A DNA stretch of 64,000 nucleotides from positions 64,001 through 128,000 of the forward strand of contig CAWJZV010000042.1 of assembly GCA_963847445.1 (NCBI GenBank). The letters run 5' to 3'. The translations under genes were made by a program, and so were the position numbers. The notes beneath the pieces are model-generated. The model saw only the letters and a list, made by a program, of their open reading frames with translations, did not search any database and was not told the origin of the DNA. This document shows, in pieces, positions 31,874 to 42,279 of the stretch (within the stretch, counting starts at the first letter, position 1; every line of letters begins with the position of its first letter). This stretch comes from an uncultured delta proteobacterium (lineage in GTDB: Bacteria > Desulfobacterota > Binatia > UBA9968).

Positions 31874-32195
31874 TCACCACGAAGGACACAGCGAGGCGGA
31901 GCCGCAACCGAGACTCGGAACATCTCGCGCAAAGCACGCAAAGGGCGCAAAGGTAAGGGAAGCATGTCATTTCGACCGAAGGGAGAAATCTTTCCGATAT
32001 CCCTCGCATCCCGTCGGAATGACGGGCCTGGCCCGTCACTTTGCGACCTTTGCGACCTTGGCGCGAGGAATATCCGAATCCGAGACGATCTGAGCTGAGA
32101 AAATTTGCGCGAGCCGGGCAAATTGTCAACTATAGTGGTACGAAGGACACGGAGTTCGAAATAGTTATCCGAACCCTTCGTGATCTTCGTGGTGA
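31874..32195. repeat. Composite nested palindromic element (TCACCACGAAG...CTTCGTGGTGA frame)
   Basis: Outer 11-bp IR; same module order as 21853-22110; inner CGCAAAG/CTTTGCG arms enclose a GTCATTTCGAC..GTCGGAATGAC REP pair. Confidence 0.75.
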
Positions 32196-32230
32196 GATAG
32201 ATCATTCGCATCGACACAACAAAGACAAAA

Positions 32231-33089
32231 ATGACAGCAATTCCAACCCTCGATCATTGTCCACGGCGGCGCCGGGCCGATTAAAGACGATAGTCTGCCG
32301 GCGCGGCTTGCCGGTTGCCAGGCAGCGGCGCTTGCGGGTTGGGAAATGCTTCGCGCGGGCGGCAACTCGCTCGATGCGGCTGAAGCCGCAGTGATCGTCC
32401 TTGAAGACAATCCTCTCTTTAACGCCGGTACCGGTTCGACCCTCAACAGCTTAGGCCAAGTCGAAATGGACGCGGCGATCATGGCAGGCGACGGGCTGCG
32501 CGCCGGGGCTGTGGCGGCGGTCACGGGTATCAAAAATCCAATTGCGCTGGCGCGGCGCGTGCTCGAAGATGGCCGGCATGTCCTGATCGCCGGCGAAGGC
32601 GCAGCGTTGTTCGCCCGCGCCATCGGATTTCCCGAGTGCGCTCCCGCCAGCTTGATCGTCGCGAGCGAAAAGCAGCGCTGGGACAACAAGCATGGCACCG
32701 TCGGTTGCGTCGCCTTCGATCAGAACGGCAAACTCGCCGCCGCGACTTCCACCGGCGGTGTCTTCAACAAACTACCCGGCCGGGTCGGCGACTCTCCGCT
32801 CATCGGTTGCGGCACTTACGCGAACAGAGTCGGCGCGGTCTCATGCACCGGATACGGCGAAGCGATCATCCGGGCAACGCTGGCGCGCGACGCGGTGCAG
32901 TTGCTCCAGGGCGGCAGCGAACCCAGCGAAGCCGCCGGTTTGGCACTGGCAAATCTAGCAGAGCTGACCGGCAGCAGCGCCGGCCTGATTCTCATCGACA
33001 GTCGCGGGCGAGTCGGCTATGCGCGTAACACGACGCATATGCCGGTATGTTATGTCACTCTTGGAAGCGACCTTAAAACGGCTGTGTGA
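32231..33089 (+). CDS. Isoaspartyl peptidase/L-asparaginase (Ntn hydrolase), frameshift near start
   Basis: IIVHGGAG, LEDNPLFNAG, EMDAAIM, HG|TVG cleavage site, TSTGG, GRVGDSP. Confidence 0.9.
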
Positions 33090-33270
33090 AGGATCACAGT
33101 CGGCAGTTTGGAACACTGATGATTCTAACGGTAACCGCTGTCCTGGAAGCTTTCGTCTTGGGAACAACCCGCCAAGTGTTTTCATTGCCTGCTCGAATGA
33201 AAAATATTTACATCGATAGTATAGTAGCCGCTCGTCGCTTGGTATTTCGGTAGTTGGTTTAACCACGCAA

Positions 33271-34206
33271 ATGGCTCAAACCCGGATAATTTGTCTTGTC
33301 GGCATGCATCGCAGCGGTACGTCGATGATCGCGCGTCTGCTCAATATTTGCGGTTTGGATCTGGGGCCGCCAGAGCGCTTGCTCAAGGCTGACAAGGCCA
33401 ATCCGTTAGGCCACTTCGAGCATCGTGGATTTCTCGACATCGACCGCAAACTGCTCAAACACTTTCACGCCACCTGGCATAATCCGCCGGATTTGCCGCC
33501 AAGCTGGGAAACCGATCCGGGCTTGCTCCCGCTGCTGCGCCAAGCGCGCGCATTGGCGGCGAGTTTTCCACAAGAAAAGTCATGGGGCTGGAAAGAGCCG
33601 CGGGCGTCTTTGTTCTTGCCATTTTGGCGCCAAGCGGTTCCCAACATGAGATTTCTTTTCTGCCTGCGCAATCCTCTGGAGGTCGCCGAGTCATTGCAGA
33701 AGCGCAACCGGATGGCGATCGAGCATGGCGCCTGGCTTTGGTATTTGTATACCTTGTCCTCCTTGCGCGACACGCAGCGCTGCCCCCGGCAGTTTTCTTT
33801 TTTTGACGATTATTTCGCGCGTCGGGATGAGGAAATCGCGCGGGTGCTCGACTTCTGCGGTCTCGGCAACTTCAACGATGCCGCAGTCCTTGAATCCGCC
33901 ATCGCAGGCGAATTACGGCATCACGACAGCGGCGATCGGCGATTGCGCGACGAGCCTGCCGTTCCTGCCCAATGCAAGGATCTTTACTTCGGTCTCCGGT
34001 CGATTCTCGCGGCCCAGGATCCGCACAGCGAAATTTCCGACGCAGCTAACGGGGCGGTGGGATCGTCAGCGCTAGATTCCTTTATCGCGACATTCACCTC
34101 TCAAGCTGGATTTCAGTATTTGGCACAGCGCCACCTTGCCGCTGCCAAGAGTCTGGGTAGCGGTCAAAGGATTAAAAAGTTCTTGAATTCCATGCGCGGA
34201 CGTTGA
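33271..34206 (+). CDS. Sulfotransferase-family protein
   Basis: GMHRSGTS PAPS-binding loop, NPLGHFE, WGWKEPR, RNPLEVAESL. Confidence 0.8.
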   Translation: MAQTRIICLVGMHRSGTSMIARLLNICGLDLGPPERLLKADKANPLGHFEHRGFLDIDRKLLKHFHATWHNPPDLPPSWETDPGLLPLLRQARALAASFPQEKSWGWKEPRASLFLPFWRQAVPNMRFLFCLRNPLEVAESLQKRNRMAIEHGAWLWYLYTLSSLRDTQRCPRQFSFFDDYFARRDEEIARVLDFCGLGNFNDAAVLESAIAGELRHHDSGDRRLRDEPAVPAQCKDLYFGLRSILAAQDPHSEISDAANGAVGSSALDSFIATFTSQAGFQYLAQRHLAAAKSLGSGQRIKKFLNSMRGR

Positions 34207-34581
34207 CTTAGCGTGCAGAAGGTCGCGGCGCCGGAAGAGACCTGCCGTGGTCGTCTCTAAGCGCGCGACGCGGTGTCTAGACCGATCCGACTTCGCTCTT
34301 GCCGTTGAATAATTCTTCGTGAATTGCGCCAGGATCGTCACGCGGCGGACCGCTTGAATCCCGCGGGCGCCGCGCCAAGCAATGCTTTCTGAAACCACGA
34401 TAGCCAGAGGCCCAGTGCGCGGCGAGAAGGTGGGTGTGACGCCGACAAAAGATTTGTGCTACATGTCGTCGAGGTATACTCAGTAGGGACTTCGGTTTGG
34501 AGTCGCAGGCAGGGTTGGCGGATAGCGCGTCTACGTCTTAAGGCGGCTGTCGCTAAAGGCAGTGTATCCTAGGAGGAAAAC

Positions 34582-35541
34582 TTGGTTATTGATTTTGAAC
34601 ATCACTATATTCCGCCGGAGCTCGGACGGAAGCTCGGCATGGACCCGACGCGAAAAGATGCGGTGCGTACCGGCGATGCGTCGATTCATTCGCAGTTGTT
34701 CGATCTCGACGCGCAGATCGCCGATATGGATCGCGCCGGTATCGATATCGCCGTGCAAAGCTCGATACTCGGTTGGGATACGACGTTGGAGAACTGCCGG
34801 CTGTTAAACGATTGCACGGCGCGGGCCCAGCGGGAATACCCCGGCCGCTTTGTCGGCCTGGCCCATCTGCCGCCGCTTGACGGCGCTGGGGCGCTGAGCG
34901 AGCTGGAGCGCGCCGTCAGCGAATTGGGCTTGAAAGGCGTAACCATCTCGTCGCAGGTCAACGGCTTGTCGCTCGACGCCAAGGAGTTCACGCCGTTTTA
35001 CGATGCCGTGAACCGGCTTAAAGTGCCGATCTTTGTCCATCCGGCGTTGGGGCCCAAGGGCTACGATCTGATGAAAGATTATATGTTACCGGTGATTCTC
35101 ACCCGCGAGTTCGATCTCGGTGTGGCGGTGACGCGCATGATCGCCGGCGGTGTGGTCGAGCGGTATCCGGATTTGCAGTTTGTCTTCGCCCACTTCGGCG
35201 GCGGCTTGGCCGGCTACAAGGAGCGCATCTCGCGCTCGTCCTATCGTTTCAAGTTACCGCGGTCTTTTGACGACTATTTCAACCAGCTCTATTTCGACAT
35301 GGCGGGGTTCGAAGGCAGCCTCATCGCGTTGCGTTGCGCGCTGGAGGTGATCAAGCCCGAGCGCATGGTATTCGCCACGGATTATCCGCAGAATTTCAAC
35401 GCCAGCGATCCGAAGCAGGGGAAAAGCATCGATGGTGTCAACGAATATATTGCGGAGATCCGCCGCTTGCCGTTGAATGCACAGGCGAAGGAAAACATGC
35501 TCGGCGGCACGGCGGCGAAGCTGCTAAGGCTCGGAGTGTAA
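34582..35541 (+). CDS. Amidohydrolase_2 family (ACMSD-like decarboxylase/hydrolase)
   Basis: IDFEHH, IFVHP, AHFGG, FATDYP; AGGAGG RBS. Confidence 0.9.
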   Translation: MVIDFEHHYIPPELGRKLGMDPTRKDAVRTGDASIHSQLFDLDAQIADMDRAGIDIAVQSSILGWDTTLENCRLLNDCTARAQREYPGRFVGLAHLPPLDGAGALSELERAVSELGLKGVTISSQVNGLSLDAKEFTPFYDAVNRLKVPIFVHPALGPKGYDLMKDYMLPVILTREFDLGVAVTRMIAGGVVERYPDLQFVFAHFGGGLAGYKERISRSSYRFKLPRSFDDYFNQLYFDMAGFEGSLIALRCALEVIKPERMVFATDYPQNFNASDPKQGKSIDGVNEYIAEIRRLPLNAQAKENMLGGTAAKLLRLGV

Positions 35542-35555
35542 ATCGGCATTATGCA

Positions 35556-35672
35556 GGATGGGTGGAGTCCTTCGGCCTGGCTCAGGATAGACTCTGCGAT
35601 ACCGATCATTCAGGAAGCGGCGAAAATCAACTGGGACGATGGGTATCGGCGCGGCGCCTCCACCCATCCTAC
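35556..35672. repeat. GTAG-type REP doublet with inserted CCTTCG..GCTCAGG module
   Basis: gcaggatgggtggag ... ctccacccatcctac. Confidence 0.65.
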
Positions 35673-35694
35673 AAGAACGCGGAGGGATGTAGCC

Positions 35695-36285
35695 ATGTTG
35701 CGAATCACAGGGGCATCGAAAGAAACGGCGCCGAACGAAGTACAGGAAGTCTTCGCGGCGCAGGAAAAGCAATACGGTACGATCTTGAACACGGCGAAGG
35801 TCTATGGCCTGCGGCCGACGATTCAGCAGGGCGTGCAGGCGCTCCAAGCCGGCATCGTGGCGTCGGGGTTGATCGGCGCGGAGCTACGCCATCTTTTGTG
35901 CATGAAAGCCGCCAGCATCAACGGCTGTCCCTATTGACTGGACATCAACGCGTCCAGTGGGATGCAACATGGGGCATCGACGGAAAAGGTTGAGGCGGCG
36001 CTGGGTGATTACAAGAAGAATGCGCTATTTTCTGTACGGGAAAAGTTGGCGCTGGAGCTGTGCGAGCGCATGACCTACACCAGTAAACGTGTCACCGATC
36101 GCTTTTTCAATCGGCTCAAGAAGCAATTCTCCGAAGAGGAACTCGTCGAGTTGGCGGCAGTCATCGCGCTGGAGAATTTTCGCAGCAAGTTCAATCCGGT
36201 GTTCGCCGTCGAGGCTCATGGGTTTTGCCCGGTGCCGTTGGTCAAAGAAATCGCCGCCGAGGCTACGAGCAAGTTTCACGAATGA
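35695..36285 (+). CDS. AhpD/carboxymuconolactone-decarboxylase-family selenoprotein (CxxU, Sec at codon 81)
   Basis: GGAGG RBS; ...AASINGCPY-TGA(35935-37)-LDINASSGM continues in frame into ORF 35962..36285 (FSEEELVELAAVIALENFRSKFN); 196 aa total. Confidence 0.85.
35950..35965 (+). promoter_or_regulatory. Candidate bacterial SECIS upper stem-loop
   Basis: GCGTCC-AGTG-GGATGC hairpin starting 12 nt after UGA, G at loop position 2. Confidence 0.55.
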
Positions 36286-36307
36286 CTCATCAAACGGAAT
36301 GATGAAT

Positions 36308-36467
36308 TCACCACGAAGACCAGCGCGGCGAAGCCGCAACGGAAGAGAAGAATGGCCGCAAACGAACGCAAAGGGCGCAAATCCGAATCGGGAATCGTAG
36401 GGGCGGGTTTGAAACCCGCCGTTTCCAATCGTCCGCGCCCTTCGTGTCTGCGTGATCTTCGTGGTGA
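36308..36467. repeat. Composite element, TCACCACGAAG...CTTCGTGGTGA frame with internal GTAG REP
   Basis: Outer IR; internal GTAGGGGCGGGTTTGAAACCCGCC (identical copy at 58987). Confidence 0.75.
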
Positions 36468-36509
36468 ATCAGAATTTTTTCATGAACGCGAGAGAGGTTA
36501 GGTAAGCCG

Positions 36510-37482
36510 ATGTACATACGAAATGTTATTCGCAATACGTTGATCGTTCTGGTGCTGTTGTTGCCATTGCAAACGGCCCATGCCGCGGCCGCGCCGACCA
36601 AGGTGACGATTCATGTGCCGTCGAAGAGTCTGTCGATCATGCCGTACTACTTCGGCAAGGATAAAGGCTTCTTTGCCGCGGAGCAGATCGAGCCGCAGTT
36701 GATCATGATGGCGCCGCCGACGGCGATCGCGGCGATGGCCGCGGGCGAGTTGGATTTTTCCTCGACCACCGGCGCGGCGACCTCGGCGATCATGCGCGGG
36801 TTGCCGTTGCGGCGCGTGTTCTACGTTCAGCAAGACCCGGTTCACGTGCTCTTGGCTCAGCCGGAAATCAAATCGGTTCAAGAGCTGGTCGGGAAGACCG
36901 TCGGCGTCAACGCATTGACCGATGCCACGGGCATGTCGACCAATGCGATTCTACGCGCGCACGGGATCGATGCCGGCAAGACGACGCTACTCGCGCTGCA
37001 GGTCACAGACAATATGATCAAAGCCCTCACGAGCAAAAGGGTAGCCGCAGTCATACTGCCGCCGCCCTACGTAGAAGAGCTCGAAGCCAAGGGCTATGTC
37101 AAAATCGCCGAAGCGCGAACCTATGCGCCGTTGAGCTTCATCGGCTTGGTTAGTTCGCAAGAAACCATGAAGAAAAGCCCGCAGAAAGTTCAGGGCATGG
37201 TCGCCGCGCTGCACCGGACCATGAATTACATTCTCAATCCGGCGAATCGCAACGAAGTGGTGCAATATGTCTCGACCTACCACAAGATCGACCTGCCGCT
37301 GGCCGAAAAAGCGATGGCGGCGCAGATGCTCGGCTACAGCAAAGACGGCACCAAACCGCGCGCCGCTGTCGAAAAGGAAATCGAGATTTACCGCGAATCG
37401 CTGAAAGTCGCGAAGAGCTTTCACGCCGGATGATCTGGAAGATATGAGTTGGTTGCGGAAGGCGCAGGGACGTTCGAGTTAG
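36510..37482 (+). CDS. NMT1/THI5-like (SsuA/TauA-type) substrate-binding protein, frameshift near 3' end
   Basis: Signal peptide; DKGFFAAEQIE, AAGELDF, ELVGKTVGV. Confidence 0.8.
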
Positions 37483-37549
37483 AGGTTCAAAAGGTTCAAG
37501 CCGTTCAATCGCTGCGCTCCGTTCAAACCGTTCGAATCGAACCAATGGA

Positions 37550-37649
37550 GACGCAGGTCAGGGCTGCCACTGGGACTCCGGCTTCGATGTCCCGTCTAGT
37601 CTTTCCGTGTTACTTCCAACCGTCGTGCCGCATTCGGGAGCGAGCTACC
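37550..37649 (-). mobile_element. Probable IS110-family non-coding left-end remnant, no transposase
   Basis: Minus strand GGTAGCTCGCTCCCGAATGCGGCACGACGGTTGGAAG...CTAGAC...GTCCCAGTGGCAGCCCTGACC resembles, from recall, IS110 non-coding ends; ends abruptly at GTTCAA nonamer repeats. Confidence 0.4.
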
Positions 37650-37952
37650 TAGCGTCGGGAATAGTAATCGATCAGCTGAACTTGAAAGATGGTCGCGTCG
37701 TCGGCGATTCGCCGCGAGGCCGCATTTAACTGCGCATGGCTCTTATGGAAAGTTTTCCGACCTGGGCAAATGATTGCGGCTGATTGACCGCCGCTCCGCC
37801 GCCACCGGGCGTATGCCATACGCCCCTACATGTGGATTTCTCTGGGCCATTCTTGGCGTGGCGCCAAGTTCCTTCGCATGCGCTCAGGACAAGCTTTGCG
37901 GCTGATTCTGCGCTTCCGAATCGTCTTTCATTGCGGCTCTGCCGCGCCGCTC

Positions 37953-38975
37953 TTAGCGCCGGTAGTTTTCGCTGCCCCAGAGCTCTTTGAGAAAACCACT
38001 CTTCTCCAGATTGATGACGAAGCTGTTGTCGAAGATCTCTTCCGGTTTGCGGCGGACCGTGGTGCCGCTCTCGCGGGCGCTTTCGACGGCTTCGGCGACC
38101 GACTTGGCAGGGACTAGCATGGTGCGGTCGACGATTTCTTTGGCGTAGACGTTGTAGGAGGACTGGAGCGCGTCTTCGTCCTTTAGGTTCATGGCTTTGG
38201 CGATGGAAGCTTTGGCCTTGTCGGGATTTTTTTCGACGAAGTAGACCGATTCGGCAAATGCGGCGACCGCGCGTTGGACGATCTCGGGACGGTCGCGCAG
38301 CATTTTATGGCTGGTGTGGAGGGTGCTGTAGATGAACGGCAGTTCGAGATCGATCAGGCGATAGAGCACGTTGAAGCCGGCGTTCTTGGCGCGTGCATCC
38401 AACGGCGGTGTGACGGTAACAGCTTGGACGATGTTGGCCGCCATCGCCTGGTAGCGCTCTCCCTGGCTGCCGCCGATGGGGCGGATCGAGACCATGTCAG
38501 GCGTCAAGCCGAACTTCTTGATCACCGCACGGGTGAGCTTATCGCTCAAGTCTCCGGCGCGGGCGATGCCGATGGATTTACCTTTAAGATCTTCGCCGCG
38601 CCTGATTTCTTTGCGTGAGATCAATACATAGGGGAGCTTCACCAACGGTGACGCCACGAGTTTGACATCGATGCCGGTGGCCAACCCCGGGATCGTCCCG
38701 TCGGCGGCGCAAAATATAAACTGAAGCTCGTCGCCGGCGAGGGCGGCCAACGCCGGACCGCTGCCGCGGATAAAAATAGACTCAGTCTTGAGTCCGTACT
38801 TTTCGAAAATGCCGTAGTCCTGACCGGCGTAGAGATGGACGAAGCCGCCGGTGATGGCGCAAGTGCCGATTCTAATATTGATCGGCTTTTCACCCGGCTT
38901 CGGCAGATAATGGCTGGCGAAACTGGGCGCCGTGCAAAGGAGCACTAGCAGTATCGCAGGGATTCTGATCTTCAT
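37953..38975 (-). CDS. NMT1/THI5-like substrate-binding protein (tandem paralog 3)
   Basis: Signal peptide; FEKYGL, DLKGKSIGI; tail DNSFV.NLEKSGFLKELWG.ENYRR shared with neighbours. Confidence 0.85.
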   Translation of the reverse strand: MKIRIPAILLVLLCTAPSFASHYLPKPGEKPINIRIGTCAITGGFVHLYAGQDYGIFEKYGLKTESIFIRGSGPALAALAGDELQFIFCAADGTIPGLATGIDVKLVASPLVKLPYVLISRKEIRRGEDLKGKSIGIARAGDLSDKLTRAVIKKFGLTPDMVSIRPIGGSQGERYQAMAANIVQAVTVTPPLDARAKNAGFNVLYRLIDLELPFIYSTLHTSHKMLRDRPEIVQRAVAAFAESVYFVEKNPDKAKASIAKAMNLKDEDALQSSYNVYAKEIVDRTMLVPAKSVAEAVESARESGTTVRRKPEEIFDNSFVINLEKSGFLKELWGSENYRR

Positions 38976-39022
38976 GGCAATGTTCCGTGCCTTGCGCGTG
39001 GGTCGATGCCGGCGCGCCGTCT

Positions 39023-40044
39023 TTACCGCCGATAATTTTCGTTGCCCCAGATCTCTTTCAAGAAGCCGCTCTTTTCAAGATTGTTGACGAAGCTGTTGTC
39101 GTAGATTTCTTCCGGTTTCTTTCTGACCGGGCTGCCGCTTTCGCGGGCCATCTCGACAGTTTCCGCGACCGCTTTTGCCGGGACTACCATCGTGCGATCG
39201 AGGATCTCCCTGGCGTAGGTGTCGTAGGCGGACTGTAATGCTTCGGGGTCCTTGGTGCGCATGGCTTTGCCGACCGACGCCTTGGCCTTGTCGGGATTTT
39301 TCTCGACGAAGTGGATGATCTCGGCAAAGGCGGCGACCATGCGCTGGACGATCTCGGGGCGTTCGCGGAGCATTTTATAACTGGTGTGGAGCGAGCTGTA
39401 GATGAACGGTATATTCAGATCGATCAGGCGATACATGACGTTGTAACCTTCGTTTTTGGCGCGGACATCGAGCGGCGGCGTGATGATCACACCGTGGACG
39501 ATACCGGCGGCCATCGCCTGATAGCGCTCGCCCTGGCTGCCGCCGATGGGCCGGATCGTGACCGCGTCGGGGGACAGGCCGAGCTTCTTCACCACCGCCC
39601 GCGACAGCCGGTCGCTCAAGTCTCCGACGCGGGCGATTCCCAAAGATTTGCCCTTAAGATCTTCCGGCCGTCTGACATCTTTTCGCGTCACCAAAACATA
39701 CGGCAGCTTTACCAGGGGGGACGCGACGATTTTCACTTCGAGCCCAGCCGCCATTCCTGGAATGATTGCGTCCGATGCGCAGTAAGTGAACTGCACTTCG
39801 TCGGTTGCTAGAGCGGTCAAGTTTTGGGCGCTGCCGCGGATAAAGATATTCTCCAACTTGACGCCGTACTTGTCGAACAGGCCGTTGTCGAGAGCCGTGT
39901 AGAGATGGATGAACCCGCCCGACACGGCGCAGGTAGAAACGCGCATCGAATGCGTCCGCTCGCCGGGTTTCGGGCAGATAAGGATTGGCGTAGGCGTTAG
40001 CGCTGAAGATCGACAAGCAGGAATGGCAGGATTCTCAATTTCAT
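39023..40044 (-). CDS. NMT1/THI5-like substrate-binding protein (tandem paralog 2), frameshift in signal region
   Basis: ATG at 40044 just after upstream stop; highly similar to flanking paralogs. Confidence 0.85.
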
Positions 40045-40046
40045 AT

Positions 40047-41075
40047 TTACCGCCGGTAATTTTCATTTCCCCAGAGTTCTTTCAAGAAGCCGCTCTTCTC
40101 TAGATTGTTGACGAAACTATTGTCGTACAGCTCTTCGGGTTTTCTTCTCACAACGGTTCCGCTGTCGCGAGCGATGTCGACCGCCTCACGCACGGTATTT
40201 CCCGGCACGACCATGGTGCGGTCGACGATTTCTTTGGCGTAGACGTTGTACGACGTTTGCAACGCGTCTTCGTCTTTGACGCGCATCGCTTTGGCGACGG
40301 CGGCTTTGGCCTTGTCGGGGTTTTTCTCGACGAAGTAGACAGCTTCGGCGAGTGCCGCGACCATCCGCTGGACGAGATCCGGCCGCTCGCGGAGCATTTT
40401 GTAGTTGGTCATCAAAGAACTGTAGATAAACGGGATATCGAGATCGATCAGCCGGTAGATGATATTAAAGCCGTCGATTTTGGCGCGGATATCCAAGGGC
40501 GGAGTCACCAGGATCGCTTGCACGACGTTGCCGAGCATTGCTTGATAGCGCTCCGATTGGCTGCCGCCGATAGGATGGATGGTTACGTCATCGGCGCTCA
40601 AGCCGAACTTTCTGACGACTTGCCGCGATAATCGCGCGCTCAAGTCGCCCGGCCTGGTCACGCCGATGGACTTTCCTTTAAGATCCTCGGGACGGCGTAT
40701 GTCTTTACGCGCGATCATGACGTAAGGAAGCTTGACGAGAGGGGATGCGACAAACTTGACATCCACCCCAGCTGCGATGCCGGGAAGACTGCCGTCGGCT
40801 GCGCCATAGTTGAATTGGAGCTGGTCGGCCGCCAGCGCGGCGAGCGCCGGCGATTGGCCGCGGATATAGATATGTTCAATTTTGAAGCCATACTTTTCGA
40901 AGATTCCGTAATCGAGCGCCGAATAGAGATGAATGAAGCCGCCGGACACCGCGGATGTGGCGATGCGCAATGAAACCATGCGCTCGCCGGGCTTGGGCAG
41001 GTAGGGATTGGCGGAGGCGTTTAATGCGAGCGGCGCGGTGAGCAGGAATAGGGCGATTGCCAACCGCAACTTCAT
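40047..41075 (-). CDS. NMT1/THI5-like substrate-binding protein (tandem paralog 1)
   Basis: Signal peptide, ANPYLPKPGE mature start, same core motifs. Confidence 0.85.
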   Translation of the reverse strand: MKLRLAIALFLLTAPLALNASANPYLPKPGERMVSLRIATSAVSGGFIHLYSALDYGIFEKYGFKIEHIYIRGQSPALAALAADQLQFNYGAADGSLPGIAAGVDVKFVASPLVKLPYVMIARKDIRRPEDLKGKSIGVTRPGDLSARLSRQVVRKFGLSADDVTIHPIGGSQSERYQAMLGNVVQAILVTPPLDIRAKIDGFNIIYRLIDLDIPFIYSSLMTNYKMLRERPDLVQRMVAALAEAVYFVEKNPDKAKAAVAKAMRVKDEDALQTSYNVYAKEIVDRTMVVPGNTVREAVDIARDSGTVVRRKPEELYDNSFVNNLEKSGFLKELWGNENYRR

Positions 41076-41290
41076 GGCGCTGACTCTAAGCGGAATCGCC
41101 CAGGCTTGTAAAGCAGAAAATTATTGCGCCTTGACCTTTCGAATCAGGCTGGCTTATTTAGGCAATACGGGCGTTAGTCTGGCGCGCCGAGATGCGATGG
41201 CGATAATCGGCGAAGAGTTATTTTATCCTAAGCCAACGACTGGCGGACTTTTCAAGATAACAGGAATTTCTCGGCAGTGAGGAAATAAGA

Positions 41291-42253
41291 ATGATTGTAA
41301 ACAATTGGCAAGGGTGGATCGGGATACTCGTCGGCGTGGTCGCGCTGTTCGGGCCTTGGCCAGCGGCCCAAGCGCAGACGCAGAAGATTCGCATCTCGCT
41401 GTCGAGCCGGAGCAATACCAACACAAGCTATTACGTCGCTCAGGCTAGGGGAATGTTTAGAGACGAAGGGTTGGAGGTGGAGTTCGTCCAGATCAATCCG
41501 CGCCTCGGGGCGATGGCGGTGCTCAACGGCGACGTGACTTTTACCACATCGTTCGTCAGCACTTTTCGCGGCGTCGTTCAGGGCTTGCCGATGAAGACCG
41601 TGTTTATTTTGCTCAAGAAAGGGCTTTACTATTTGATGGTGCGCCCGGAGGTCATCAAGGATGTCCAAGAGCTCAAGGGAAAAAAGCTCGGCGTGACGGC
41701 GATCAATGGCGGCGATCATATCATCGGCCGCGAGCTCCTGCGCATGAAAGGGATCGATCCCAGCACGGTGCAAGCGATCGCGGTGGGCGATCCGTCGCTG
41801 CGCTTCCAAGCGGTGGTGACCGGAATTGTCCAGGCGGTGTCGGTGCCGCCGCCCTATGATTTCCAACTCCAGAGCATGGGGTTGAAGGCGGTTTCCGGTC
41901 CGCCGGAGATCGGCGTGCCGTCCTCTGGGCTCTTCGCCGCCGATCGCGTCATCAAGGAGAATCCGCAAGTGCTGCGAAGCACGATCCGCGCCTTGTTGAA
42001 GGCCAACCGTTTCCTTGAAGCCAACCGGGAAGAAACCATTCGCATCATGTCGCAATATGTGCCGCAGAAATTGGATCTGGCGGGGCGTTCCTACGATGTC
42101 GAGCTCAAGACGCTTGCCAAGGACGGCACGATGACCGATGCCGAGATCGAAGGCCAGATGGAACGGCTCGCCGACAAGAAGCGGCCACTCGATGAAGTCA
42201 GGGATTTTTCATTTGCCCGGGCGGCGTGGAAGGAGCTGGAAGCGGGGAAGTAG
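41291..42253 (+). CDS. NMT1/THI5-like substrate-binding protein
   Basis: Signal peptide; GMFRDEGLEVE, ELKGKKLGV, DEVRDFSF. Confidence 0.85.
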   Translation: MIVNNWQGWIGILVGVVALFGPWPAAQAQTQKIRISLSSRSNTNTSYYVAQARGMFRDEGLEVEFVQINPRLGAMAVLNGDVTFTTSFVSTFRGVVQGLPMKTVFILLKKGLYYLMVRPEVIKDVQELKGKKLGVTAINGGDHIIGRELLRMKGIDPSTVQAIAVGDPSLRFQAVVTGIVQAVSVPPPYDFQLQSMGLKAVSGPPEIGVPSSGLFAADRVIKENPQVLRSTIRALLKANRFLEANREETIRIMSQYVPQKLDLAGRSYDVELKTLAKDGTMTDAEIEGQMERLADKKRPLDEVRDFSFARAAWKELEAGK

Positions 42254-42279
42254 GAAGAATGGATAATGGAGAATTGAGA

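Noticed and set aside
34207-34580. ncRNA or small gene in the long intergenic region
   Set aside because: No convincing ORF, RBS or RNA family motif
37556-37600. Cobalamin riboswitch suggested by GCCACTGGGA
   Set aside because: The other B12-box elements (GGGAA, CCCGC.ACTGT, AGCCAG.AGACC) are missing, and it lies between convergent genes with nothing downstream to regulate
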